From IMG/VR virus record IMGVR_UViG_3300049321_000004, positions 7,620 to 71,619 of that record: a stretch of 64,000 nt of DNA. One strand, 5' to 3'. The DNA comes from a virus. Taxonomy: Duplodnaviria; Caudoviricetes. The position numbers and the translations under genes were made by a program. The notes beneath the pieces are model-generated. The model had not been told where the DNA came from, did not search any database, and saw only the letters and a program-made list of their open reading frames with translations. This document shows, one piece after another, positions 48,187 to 58,189 of this stretch. Each line of letters starts with the position of its first letter. Position 1 is the first letter of the stretch.

Positions 48187-48190
48187 ACTT

Positions 48191-48820
48191 ATGAAAACTA
48201 AAGCATACGATACTGGGAAAGCGAAATGGGATCATGGCCAGATTGTTGAATGGTATCACGGGACACCATCTAGACGGTTGCTTGGCCCGTGCCCTGCCTG
48301 TGGCAGCGTAACGAGCACGTACGGAGGGGCATTCAGTTGCCATGACGATTACTGTCACAACTCCTCCAGCATGTTCGTGTGCTCCCCCGAGAAGACGCCC
48401 GACTGGTGGAATACAGACATTGACGTGAAACTGGACGGAGACGCTTGGTGCGCAACTGGTGCAGGATTCGTGAACCTTCAGGAGTCTCCAGCGGGTTTTG
48501 GAGCAACTCCTCGGGAGGCAGTGAAGGCTCTTCGTGAGGAATTGACCGCCGTTTCCTAACCCATGGCCCGCACCCGACAACTCCCTGAGTTCATCCAGGA
48601 ACTGATCCGCTGGAGGTGGTCCCAGAAACCCACCCTGAAGTCTCTAGCCGATGAGTATGGGGTCAGCCAGTCCTGCATCAGTGACATCCTGAATCCCAAG
48701 CTCCGGTTGCGGAGGAGGAGGAAGTACCATGATGATAAAAGGCCGGAGCAGGAGGTGGCGATTGAGGCGATCCCCGTCTGCTCGTACTCGGCTAGGAAGG
48801 TTTCGAGGAGGAAGGGGTAA
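48191..48820 (+). CDS. Hypothetical Cys protein (48191-48559) and HTH protein (48563-48820)
   Basis: CPACG/CHDDYCH; LKSLADEYGVSQSCISDIL. Confidence 0.65.
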
Positions 48821-48824
48821 GTCT

Positions 48825-49313
48825 CTACGGCTTGAACAGCCTCACGCCATTTACTGTGACAGCAGGAGGCTTATGTGGAGCACATCCACGCTTCCTCCGT
48901 TCCTTTACCCGCTCAATCTTCATCTTCGCCTGAAGCTTTCTCCATTGCTTTTTGGAGAGTGTCGTGGGTTTGGGTGGCCTTTTTGGCTTTCCCCGTGACT
49001 TCTTGGCCCGTTTTCTGGGGGCGGTCGTGACCTTTGGTGCCGGAAGATGCTCCTTGTCGTGACATGTGCGGCAGAGGATCTGAAGGTCGGTTACTTCAAC
49101 ATCATAGATACTGGAGTACCGAATGTGGTGAACATCAAGTTTACGGGTAGCGGGGCACTTGTGGCATTTCCTGCCGTGGTGTTCGAGGGCTCTGGACCGC
49201 AGTTCTCTCCAATGGCCCGACTTTAGATAGATGGTCCGGTACCAGTCACGCCGTGAGAGTCCGTGTTTCAGGAGTTCGGCATCAACAAGGGCTTCAGCTT
49301 CGCGTCTGGTCAT
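48825..49313 (-). CDS. HNH endonuclease with basic C-terminal tail
   Basis: YLKSGHWRELRSRAL..CHKC..LDVHH..Y..DLQILCRTCHDKEH. Confidence 0.9.
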   Translation of the reverse strand: MTRREAEALVDAELLKHGLSRRDWYRTIYLKSGHWRELRSRALEHHGRKCHKCPATRKLDVHHIRYSSIYDVEVTDLQILCRTCHDKEHLPAPKVTTAPRKRAKKSRGKPKRPPKPTTLSKKQWRKLQAKMKIERVKERRKRGCAPHKPPAVTVNGVRLFKP

Positions 49314-49319
49314 AAGGCG

Positions 49320-49765
49320 TGCTCACAGTCTACTCCCCGTATTCTCGGGGGATTCCCTCTGATGTTCAAAACCCCTCCCTCCTCCCCGCTGGAAAAACTC
49401 CAGACGTGGGGAGGTAGGCAAGAGCAACCCTTGGGCCTTTGTTTATCCTCGCTGCCCAACTGGAGAAGCCGTTACCAGCCGCCCCAGCCCCGAGCCGTCA
49501 CCGGCCAACGAGTCTCCTAGCTTGTTAAGCGCCGGACGCACTGGACATCCCTGCCCTGCACTATTGCGCTTTGTAACCTGCTGGCTTTTGGTGAGGCTGA
49601 TCCAGACAATAAGCAGCCCGCCTGCTCCACTTTCGTGGCTCCGTAGAGTTCGCAACAGGCGGGCAGTTCCCATGAGGTCCGAGCTTGCTTGCTCGGCTGG
49701 AAATGATTGTTCCGTGGTCCTCATGTGTTCTGACCTACCCGTTGCGAAACAGGCGCTTTGGTCAG
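49320..49765 (-). ncRNA. Candidate structured RNA directly upstream of the HNH gene
   Basis: Hairpins 49729-49766, 49671-49725, 49616-49664 (GAAA loop), 49335-49350; promoter-like TTGAAC-16-CATCAT at 49797-49770; no credible ORF. Confidence 0.5.
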
Positions 49766-49793
49766 ATGTATGATGCACGGAACCGAACAGTGT

Positions 49794-50197
49794 TCAAGCA
49801 GGAATTCTAGGGCGACTCAAAACCATGACGCGATACGCCAGCTTCTTCCGTCTCGCCTCCACCTCTCGGCACTGGTCGCATACCTTAAACTTGCCACGGG
49901 GTTTTCCGCAACGGTAGCAGTCACCCCGGCTGCGCCATTTGAGTCTTGATGCGTCTGTTCTCATGGGGTTTTCTTTGGCTTCGGTGGGAGCGGCATCCAG
50001 TGGGTAACGTACTCGCTTCTGAGCTGCTTTTCTCCATCTTGCCAATGCCACCAGCCACCATCCTTCTTGTAAGCCTCCGTGACTCGAAAAGAGTCAGAAA
50101 ACCCCATGGACATGGCGGAGGCGTAGATTTCAAGCCAGACATCCACTTTTCGGTGATCTCGGCCACGGTAAGATTTGATTGGTTTCCAAGGATTCAT
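49794..50197 (-). CDS. Zn-finger peptide (49794-49964) and DUF551-like protein (49961-50197)
   Basis: CYRCG..CDQC; WKPIKS..THWMPLPPKP. Confidence 0.65.
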
Positions 50198-50215
50198 AGG
50201 TGTACTTTCTTTTGA

Positions 50216-50281
50216 GGTGGAACGTCAGTCTCCTAACGCAGCTATTCTTCTATCGGGTGGACGAAGGCCCTCCGGGCCACC
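50216..50281 (-). repeat. Dispersed element, copy 8 (intergenic)
   Basis: GGTG GCCC GGA GGGC C TTCG-33 nt-CTGACGTTCCACC, 18 nt before ATG 50197. Confidence 0.85.
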
Positions 50282-50328
50282 CGATCACTTCCCGTGCAGG
50301 TTTCGAGAGATGGCGTGGTGGGTGGTGG

Positions 50329-52156
50329 TCATGGGGCGGTGAGTCTTCTTGTCTTTTCCAGAGTTTTTCTGTACTCAGCAGCATTACTCTCGGCCATTCG
50401 AAGTCTTTTCTCAAAACGTTCAATGAGACAAGCCTTGGCCTCCTCGAAGGTCGGGAAATAACTCACATCATCACTGGATCGGGCACAGCGTCGGGAGGAT
50501 TTTCCCGTCATCACAGTCACGGTCTTGTCCGAAAACGAGGCGACCTGAATAGGCTCAATAGAATCACCATACCCTCCCGCTTTGAACCAAGTGCCGACCG
50601 ACTCGGGGAAGTTATCCAAGGCGTGGACCTTGCAGTAGATGCCATCAGGCCCATGCCCCGGCGCTGACCCGCACTGAGTAGGCAATGAGCCGCGCCCTCC
50701 CGTCATAATGTGGCAGGCGCATCGCTTCGGGTCGTAGGGATTACCAGAAGGGAATCCAGCCCATTTCCCGTAACGATGGGTCTCGGCGTCTTCGAGAGAT
50801 GTGGGCTGGTAACTCATGATTGTGGAAATTTGGAATTAGCCCAGCACTTGGCCAGAATCAGGACGGTCATCACCCCAGAGGCCCAGATTGCCGCCGTAAA
50901 GCAGCCCTGCGAGGTTTTCAGATCACTCCCGGTACAACAGAGCACCGAGGACCAAACCCCGCTCAGAACGCCCAGAAACGCAAAGAACAGGGACACTGAG
51001 AGAATCCGGTGAATCCTCCCCGGCCAGTCCGTGAGGGTGCGATTCTTCAGCTTGCGGTGGTAGGCGATCAGATCCTCGGCTGATTTGAGGTGGTAGCAGC
51101 CGCCCGTGGATTGACTGCGGGTCAGCAGCTCGCGTGCAGGGGTCAAGAGATGGGAGCGTTTCATGCGGTGGAGTGGGTAGAGAACGGTGGGCATGGGGTT
51201 AGTATTGAGAGAGAAGGGATTTCACACGCTCTTGCTCTGCGGCCTCTTTTGCGGCCTTTTCGCTCTCACTCTGACTGGCTACGCGCTCCAGTTCATCACG
51301 GCGATCCTCAACCAGTCGGCGGAAGTCATCCTGCCACTTTCCGTTGTGAAGCCATCCGTAGGATTCGGTCCAGCCGGGATTTCCTCCAACTACCCCATAA
51401 ACCTCAACGCCCTCTTCCTTCGATGGGAAGCTGCCTTTTACCGTGACACCTTCCTTCAAGGCGTATATGTGGAAGGTGTAGCCTCGGGCATGGCTTGCAG
51501 AGTAGATGAACAACCGACCATATTGGCCAGTAGAAAACAAGGGTGCGAATTGTCGTGCTCCATTCATAGTCATTTCAGGTATTCGTAGTTTCAGTGAAGT
51601 TCCTCGGGCATTACTGGACGAAGGAGAGTTTGGAGAGGGGCGACTCGATCTTGTCCGATTGCTCGCGGTAAATCTGTCGGACTCCTTTGGATGGCTTCAT
51701 GGACGAGTCAGCAGCGGGCACGGAAACGGGCTTACAATGACCATCTTCATTTCCATGAGCGCAGCAATCATCGCAGGCGTATTCTTCTTGAGTGTCCCCC
51801 TCGTAAGCCCCAAAGCACGTAGCAGTCTGTCCGCAAGTGGCGCAAACGGGTGGAGCGTCAGTTCCTAAGGAATCCACTCGCTGAACGTGTAGGGGAAGGC
51901 CCTCCGGGCTAACCAAAACCTTCGGAATCCGGTCCAAGTAGTGATCGACAAGGAAGTCCCGGTCAGCCGAGGAAAGTGAGTCCCACACCGGAAACCCCAG
52001 TGATGGATTACGTTCTCTGAAGGAGTCATAGAAGGATTCAGTCTCCTCAAAGGGAGTACCGAGACCCAAAGAAGACTCCCTCCACGCCTTGAATTGCTTG
52101 GCGGCATGCTCGGTCAGCAGAGTAGTTATGGGTATAAAGTGGGATCTGGTGTCCAT
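50329..52156 (-). CDS. Four hypothetical genes (50329-50817, 50814-51194, 51199-51573, 51611-52156)
   Basis: Packed leftward ORFs; last is a two-module fusion joined at element copy 9. Confidence 0.55.
51849..51913 (-). repeat. Dispersed element, copy 9 (intragenic, domain junction)
   Basis: GTTA GCCC GGA GGGC C TTCC-32 nt-CTGACGCTCCACC. Confidence 0.85.
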
Positions 52157-52202
52157 GATGTTAAGTGGTGTTCGGGTGCAGGTTTCGAGTGAGGGTCAGC
52201 GG

Positions 52203-52887
52203 TCAGAATTTCACAGGCTCCTTTTTCCAATTCTGGTAGAAGTCGCCCTCAGTGAGGAAATGGCGCTTTCCCCTGTAGAGGAAGAAGTACCAGCTATCGC
52301 CACGGCTGGCACGAGTGCCCTTGTGGACATTGACAGGGCGTCCCGTGGCTGGGTTGACGTAGCGTCCAAGGATGTGGCATCGGGTAAGTTTCATAGTGAA
52401 AGGTCAGGTCGCGGGATCACTCAGAACGGAAGAACAGAGCACGCTACAGAAGCCAGCCAGTCAAAGAACCCGGCCAGGATCAGCCAAGGAAGGTGAAGGG
52501 CCAGAACAAGGGAGACAGGAACGAGGTAAGAGGACATTGGAGGCTCAGGATTGAGGGTCAGGATTGAGGGTCAGCCGCCGTCTCGGTGTAACCGGCAGAG
52601 AGGAGGGCCTTGTGGCATTCCCCAGCTAGTCCGCCAGAGGTCATGTTAAATTCACGTCCGAACGTCTCCAGCGCGTCCATTGCTCGGACTAGCGCCTCTG
52701 CCATGGCAGGAGCAGCCCCAAAGAATCGGAAGTTTGCGGCAGCCTCAGTGTCATCTTGCACATACCAATTCGTTTTCTGGTAGTATTTTCCCGTGCCCTT
52801 CACCGTCTCAACGGTCAAGAGTCCAACTCGCTCCGGTCCGGGCGTCCAATTCTTCGTAATGGGTGGTGGTGTCAGCGATGTTTTCAT
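52203..52887 (-). CDS. Small early genes (52203-52394, a 38-aa membrane peptide, 52558-52887)
   Basis: Leftward ORFs with A/C-rich start contexts. Confidence 0.5.
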
Positions 52888-52938
52888 AAATGAGAATGGT
52901 TAGAGATTCGTTTCTAGCAGTCGGTCAGCATCCCCGCT

Positions 52939-53038
52939 CCCCTGACCCTCCTAGAGCTAGAAAGCCTCTAGGAAGGGCCAGGATTGAGCAGCAGAGGGGA
53001 GCCAACCAGAGGTGACTGGCTCCCAGCGTGGTCAGGGG
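52939..53038 (-). promoter_or_regulatory. Intergenic three-way-junction structure
   Basis: Perfect stems 52939-52947/53030-53038, 52949-52956/52966-52973, 52997-53004/53017-53024. Confidence 0.5.
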
Positions 53039-54203
53039 TCAGCCGTTTGCTTTCACCCATTCCTTAGCGTCCTCCATGTCCTGAAACTTAGGAGTGTCCA
53101 CGTTCACAAGGTCAGTTCCCGTGAACTTGCGGAAGGTGACGCCCATCATGCGACTCTGGCCGTTGTCATTCCAGTAGGATGGGGCAGCGACATAGAAAGC
53201 GCCGGATTTTCCCTTCCAGACACGGAAGGAGGACATTCTCTGACCAAAGAAACGGAGCGTTTCCCGGCTGAAGAAATAGGGTGAGGATTCACGGGTGGCG
53301 AAGGAGATGTCTGAGATGTTCATAGTAGGTAAAAAGTAGGTGTTTGAATGAAGGGTGGAACGTCAGAGTGCTGACTTAGCTATGGTCTTGAGCGTGGAGG
53401 AATGGCCTTGGGCCTTCCCTAACTGGTTCAGGCAGATGGAAGGGAAAGAGCGGCGCGGGCAGCTTCAATGCGCGCTTCCTTAACTCGGATGGTGTCCCAA
53501 ACATCGCATTCACGAAAGTCACGGCGGAGAGCTTTCAAGTCTTCAATCGCCACAGGCAGAAGGCTTTCCAGCGCCTCTGTCAGTGCTTGGATCTTGGCAA
53601 GGTGGGCAGCGTGGGGAACCGCTTCCTGCTTTAGAAATGCCTCAGCCCTTTGCAGGGTGCCCACGGCGTCATTTGGCGCAACGCTATTGAGGTGCCCACC
53701 GTCCGCAATCATCTTGCCGAGCCACATCGCGCAGCGTTCCACCACCTTCACGGCGTCCAGCTTGTCTTTTGTGGATCTCTCAACGGGTGGAACGTCAGCC
53801 GATGACGAATCCAAGCCGGACGCGGGAATGCGAACGGCCTTCGGCCCATCCAAAGGGACAGACTCAGCAGGGGAAGGGGAGAGGGATAGTTTCGATTTCA
53901 TAGTAGGGTAGTGGGGTAGGTTTCTGAGGTGGTGGGAGATTAGGGAAGGATGGCAATACATTCACCCGTGAGCTTTTCGTGAAGCCTGTGCATCATGTAG
54001 AACTTGTGATCGTTCTTTCCTTGCCTGCACTCTTCAGCGTGGACGAGGCTTTTAGCTAGAAACTCGTCTTTCTCAGCCTCGGTGACGTGGGAGGCGTAAT
54101 GGTCGTCCTCGCGGATGCCGTGAGCGTTTTCAATGTAGTCAGCACACACGGCTTCGCGGGCGGCTTGCAATTCTTCAGCGGAGTATTCAGAGAGGCGTTT
54201 CAT
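53039..54203 (-). CDS. Three early hypothetical genes (53039-53323, 53428-53901, 53940-54203)
   Basis: Leftward ORFs with CTACTATG/ACCTATG starts. Confidence 0.6.
53354..53418 (-). repeat. Dispersed element, copy 10 (intergenic)
   Basis: GGAA GGCC CAA GGCC A TTCC-32 nt-CTGACGTTCCACC. Confidence 0.85.
53786..53850 (-). repeat. Dispersed element, copy 11 (intragenic)
   Basis: GATG GGCC GAA GGCC G TTCG-32 nt-CTGACGTTCCACC. Confidence 0.85.
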
Positions 54204-54355
54204 AGGTGAGTGAATTATTCCACAAGTCAGACTTAAGTAAAGAAGAAAGTGCAACTATTTTCAAGAAAGTTGATTTCTCCTACTGAAACACGGTGAATAG
54301 TCACCTCACTAAATAAGTCTTGCGTTACTTCTTTACTCAAGTACAATGCTTAATT
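54204..54355. promoter_or_regulatory. AT-rich divergent promoter region
   Basis: Plus TTGCGT-16-TACAAT; minus TTTACT..AATAAT; separates divergent operons. Confidence 0.55.
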
Positions 54356-54735
54356 ATGACAGCAACCAGCGAACCGAAACAGATGGGAAGACCCAGGAAG
54401 CACAAAGAGCCCTTAAAGAACTGCAACCTCAAGGTGCCTCAGTTACTTCTGGCCCGATTTGACATGATCGCAGCCCGTAAGGCGTGGAACCGCCCCCAGA
54501 CGCTTGAAGCTCTTGTGGACAAGTGGGAGGGAAAGGAATGAGCGCTCAAAGCCCATCTTGGACAGAGCTATTAAGTGTCATAGCGTTCATCATCGTCACA
54601 GTCATTAGTTTCATGGTCGCTAAGCAACGGGACGACCTGAAAGCGGAAGCGGTCCAGCGCGGTTTCGCTGAATGGGAGACTAATCCTCATGGCGTCTCTA
54701 CATGGAAGTGGAAAACGTCAGTCCCAAACGGCTAG
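54356..54735 (+). CDS. RHH/AT-hook-like regulator (54356-54541) and membrane peptide (54538-54735)
   Basis: MGRPRKHK..NLKVPQLLLARFD; one hydrophobic helix. Confidence 0.55.
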
Positions 54736-54776
54736 CTACCCGCACACTGCGCAATCGAAGGTCCTTCTGGACTATC
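54709..54776 (-). repeat. Dispersed element, copy 12 (antisense, gene 3' end)
   Basis: GATA GTCC AGAA GGAC C TTCG-34 nt-CTGACGTTTTCCA. Confidence 0.75.
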
Positions 54777-54810
54777 CGAAACAAGTCACAACCAACTCAA
54801 TAACAACACT

Positions 54811-55311
54811 ATGGATCAGACACCACCAGAGAAGATGATAGAGAAAGTGAAGGAATTGCGCGACTCCTTCCAAGCGAAGGCGGACGAAGCTAGAAATCTG
54901 TCTTACGATGCTGGAAGAGAGGGTAAATCGTACTGGATTCACCGGGAAGACGAGAAGAGAAACGAGGAAACCGCCGAAATGCTCCAAAGTGTCATCCTTC
55001 ATCTAGAAGGAGCACAAGCAGACAAGGGATGGCAACCAATCGAGACAGCCCCGAGGGATGGTGCGGAGATCCTCGGATGGCGTGAGGATTGTGGCACGCT
55101 TCTAATTCGGTGGACAAGTCCTGCGGAGTTCCTGACACAGGCTGAACTAGACAACTTTGAGGGTTCGGACGCACAGCAAGAAGACTGGTTCTGCGCTGAC
55201 TTCGTACATGGCAGCCGCTTGGAACGAGAAGAGGTTCCTACACACTGGAGATCCATTCCAGAACCACCAGACTCCGCCATGGCAGCACAAACAGAGGGAG
55301 AACGGCCATGA
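54811..55311 (+). CDS. DUF551-like protein
   Basis: WQPIETAPRDG..THWRSIPEPP. Confidence 0.75.
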   Translation: MDQTPPEKMIEKVKELRDSFQAKADEARNLSYDAGREGKSYWIHREDEKRNEETAEMLQSVILHLEGAQADKGWQPIETAPRDGAEILGWREDCGTLLIRWTSPAEFLTQAELDNFEGSDAQQEDWFCADFVHGSRLEREEVPTHWRSIPEPPDSAMAAQTEGERP

Positions 55312-56634
55312 GTGTGGAAGAGCTAAACAAGCTGTCAGACGAGGCGCTACGAGTTCTCTGCTCAGAGTTGTGTGGGTGGAGGATAAAAGAGATGCCCGCC
55401 GGGTCGCTTACTCCAAACGGCTGGTATGAACCGGGCGGTAAACTTGTCTGTCCAGAGCTTTACGGACCTAGTTTTCTCCCCAACTACTCCACAGACCTCA
55501 ACGCCATGCATGAGGCGGAGAAGACTCTTAGCGATGAGAATGAGAAGGGTGAAACAGAGCGGATGGAGTACCTCTACAATCTTGTCCGTGTAATTGCTGG
55601 ATATAAGCCAGGATCGTACATGCACTGGAGCGACCTTGGGGCGCATTCTGACTTTTCCATGGCAACCTCCCGCCAACGGTGCATCGCCTTCATTGCCACA
55701 AAGCAGGCGGAACGTCAGAGTGCAGACGAATCCACTCGCGGGCAAGGTAGGCGAAGGGCCTTCGGCCTACCCCAAGAAGTCAAACCAGAGCAAGCACCAT
55801 GAAGCCACACCATATTTCAAGACGCGACCTCAACCGACTGGAGACAGCTCTGGAAGACTGGCTGCACACCTACGCGACAGAGTTTTGCGACCGCCGGAGA
55901 GTCCACAGAGCTAGAAAGAGGATTTCGGACAATGGCAGCACCTTGGCCTACATCACAGACCACCTAGAACTAATCAGGCGCGTGAAGGCTTCTGGAACGG
56001 CTCCTATCACCCCTCAACCAGCAAAGACCTCCCAGAAGGGCTGAGAATGGCAGGAAACGGGGATTGGGAGCATCCTGTAACATTTCGACCGGACAAGCCT
56101 TCAAAACCCCAATAACACCTCTTTTTAACAGAAATAACCTTAGAATCGTCTTTCACCTCACAAACGGTCAATGTACCAGAAACAACCAAAGACCTCTGGA
56201 AACGGCCTTAAAACGCAAAAGAGCATATGAAGACACCCACGAACTTACAAGGCTACCAAGCAGCGGACAAGGTGGTGGAGGATCTCATGCGGTCCTCCCA
56301 TGAGGTGCGACCAAAGAAGCAGGGAAACCGAAAGAGCGCCGATTACCGCTCAGGATATGCAGACGGATTGCTTGCTGCACACTGTCTTCTCGTCATGGGT
56401 TCCCACCCCAAGCAGAATGAAAAGGAGATTTGGGAAATCCTGAAAGCCGACAACGCACAGAACAGCGCTGAGAGGGTGGACGAAGACCCTCCGGGTAAAC
56501 CAAAAGCCCTTGCCAGTCCCCAAGCTCTATGTCACCCTAAACGAAGCGACAGAGCCCAAAGCGTCAGTTCGGCGAAACGTTCCAAGTGCAAGTCAGGTAG
56601 ACGAAGGCGACAGCCAACCAGAAACTTCCCATAG
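55308..56634 (+). CDS. Hypothetical genes (55308-55802, 55799-56044, 56227-56634)
   Basis: 55308 has PNYSTDLNAMHEAEK..RQRCIAF pattern common in phage early genes. Confidence 0.6.
55706..55771 (-). repeat. Dispersed element, copy 13 (antisense, gene 3' end)
   Basis: GGTA GGCC GAA GGCC C TTCG-33 nt-CTGACGTTCCGCC. Confidence 0.85.
56474..56499 (-). repeat. Partial element (hairpin box only)
   Basis: ACCC GGA GGGT C TTCGTCCACCC, 21/22 nt identical to copy 8; no CTGACG box. Confidence 0.65.
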
Positions 56635-56666
56635 CAAGAACAGTAACACCTAAACAATACTGAATC

Positions 56667-57293
56667 ATGGTAGAGAGAAGTGAGGTTGGGATAAGTGAAG
56701 AGTCTAGCGAGACCTGTTCAGAGACAGGCTTTCAATCCCAAGAGTTGACTCTCCCTCGCGCGTGCGCCCGCGAAGGCGGTTGGTCACCCTCAGAAGCGAC
56801 TCTGCTCACTAACCCTGAGGCTATTGCATGGCCAGATGGACTTAAGAAGTGGCATCACAAGTTCCTTAACTCCCTCATGGTGAGGCCAGTCGTAGCATTT
56901 GCATGCAGATCCTGCAACATCTCAACGGCCATTGCCTTCCGGGACAAGGGAGAGAATGAAACCTTCGCAAAGTGTTGGGACCAAGCACTTAACGCAGGAT
57001 GGGAGAGAGTGGAAGAGGCTGCTCACGTCCGCGCTGTTGACGGCGTAGAGAAGGCTATCTTCGGCAAAGATGGGCAAGTCATTGGTACTGAGGTCAAATA
57101 CTCGGATGGACTGGCTGAACTGCTCCTGAAGGCCAACAAGCCAGAGAAGTACCGGGAGAACAGCGCCCCACAAGTGACTGTCAACGTGCTCAACTGGAGC
57201 AACGGTGGAGCAGAACTACCTCAGCCTGTGGAGGATAAGAGAGAAGTGATTGAGATGAGCAGTGAGGATTGTGAACTGTTGGGTGATGAGTGA
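56667..57293 (+). CDS. terS: Terminase small subunit
   Basis: FAKCWDQAL..VEEAAHVRAVDGVEK..KYSDGLAELLLKANKPEKYRE. Confidence 0.85.
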   Translation: MVERSEVGISEESSETCSETGFQSQELTLPRACAREGGWSPSEATLLTNPEAIAWPDGLKKWHHKFLNSLMVRPVVAFACRSCNISTAIAFRDKGENETFAKCWDQALNAGWERVEEAAHVRAVDGVEKAIFGKDGQVIGTEVKYSDGLAELLLKANKPEKYRENSAPQVTVNVLNWSNGGAELPQPVEDKREVIEMSSEDCELLGDE

Positions 57294-57809
57294 GTAGGGT
57301 ATAACTTGATACAATAGCCAAATCCTTAAATAGGATTCGTTCATCCTCAACCACTTACACCTAGATGGTGTATCACACCGCTCCAGTCTCAACAGCGGAG
57401 TCAGGCAAGGATCGCCCAATCCACACAGATGGCCTCCAAGGGTGGCATGCTGTAACTGGCTGTAGTACAGCGGAGTATCACCAAGACGCAGCAGCGTGGC
57501 TGTGTGTGCGTAGGAGAGGGTATGAGGTGATGTGAAGGGCAGATGGGACGGCACCGGTCCCCCGACCAACCCAAGCCGGGACCGCAGTGCTACCCAACAT
57601 GCTTGCCGAAATTTCTCTGTACTTCCCTCACTTTGAACTGCATTCTCATTATTAAGAGACGGTTTGCCTTTCCTTTTGCTCCAGAAATTTTCCTGTAGTT
57701 CTGGGACTTGCCTCTCCTTTGCCCTGTAGATGGCCTAGGAGACGTCTTACTTGTTGGTTGGGCTCTTACTGAACTCTTGAGTCCTTCTCTCTTCCTAGGG
57801 TGTTTCTGT
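57294..57809. other. Non-coding region after terS, candidate packaging-initiation/terminus region
   Basis: No ORF; G-rich tract then pyrimidine-rich tract; inverted repeat CGGTCCC/GGGACCG 57555-57584. Confidence 0.35.
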
Positions 57810-57810
57810 G

Positions 57811-57875
57811 GAAAACCCGGAGGGTCTTCGAATACCTCAGGGGTACTGGCTACGTGCAGGAACTGACGCTTGGCG
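57811..57875 (+). repeat. Dispersed element, copy 14 (intergenic)
   Basis: GAAA ACCC GGA GGGT C TTCG-32 nt-CTGACGCTTGGCG; 22-nt exact match to copy 7. Confidence 0.8.
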
Positions 57876-57888
57876 TGCTCAGGACCTG

Positions 57889-58110
57889 TTAAAGCCCTCG
57901 TTCTGAGCAGTTATGGAGATACTTCCACAGGCTGGTAAGGCTGTACGGGTCGAACTTTCCCCTCTCACGATCCTTCTGGCACGCCTCGGAAGACTTTCCA
58001 GCCGCAGCGGCGATGTCGTGAATAGAGTATCGGAAGGGTTTTTTCGGGGTTTTCCCGCCTTTCCGTCCACGTTGGCGTTGCTGTTCTCGTTCAAAATCCG
58101 TCATCGGCAT
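57889..58110 (-). CDS. Small HTH protein with KGG motif
   Basis: QRGRKGGK; YSIHDIAAAAGKS. Confidence 0.6.
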   Translation of the reverse strand: MPMTDFEREQQRQRGRKGGKTPKKPFRYSIHDIAAAAGKSSEACQKDRERGKFDPYSLTSLWKYLHNCSERGL

Positions 58111-58189
58111 GCCAAATCGTACCTATTTTGTCGGAGAAATCCAGCTTTATTGTTGACTTGTCGGGGATGGCCGATAGTATGGACGACAT

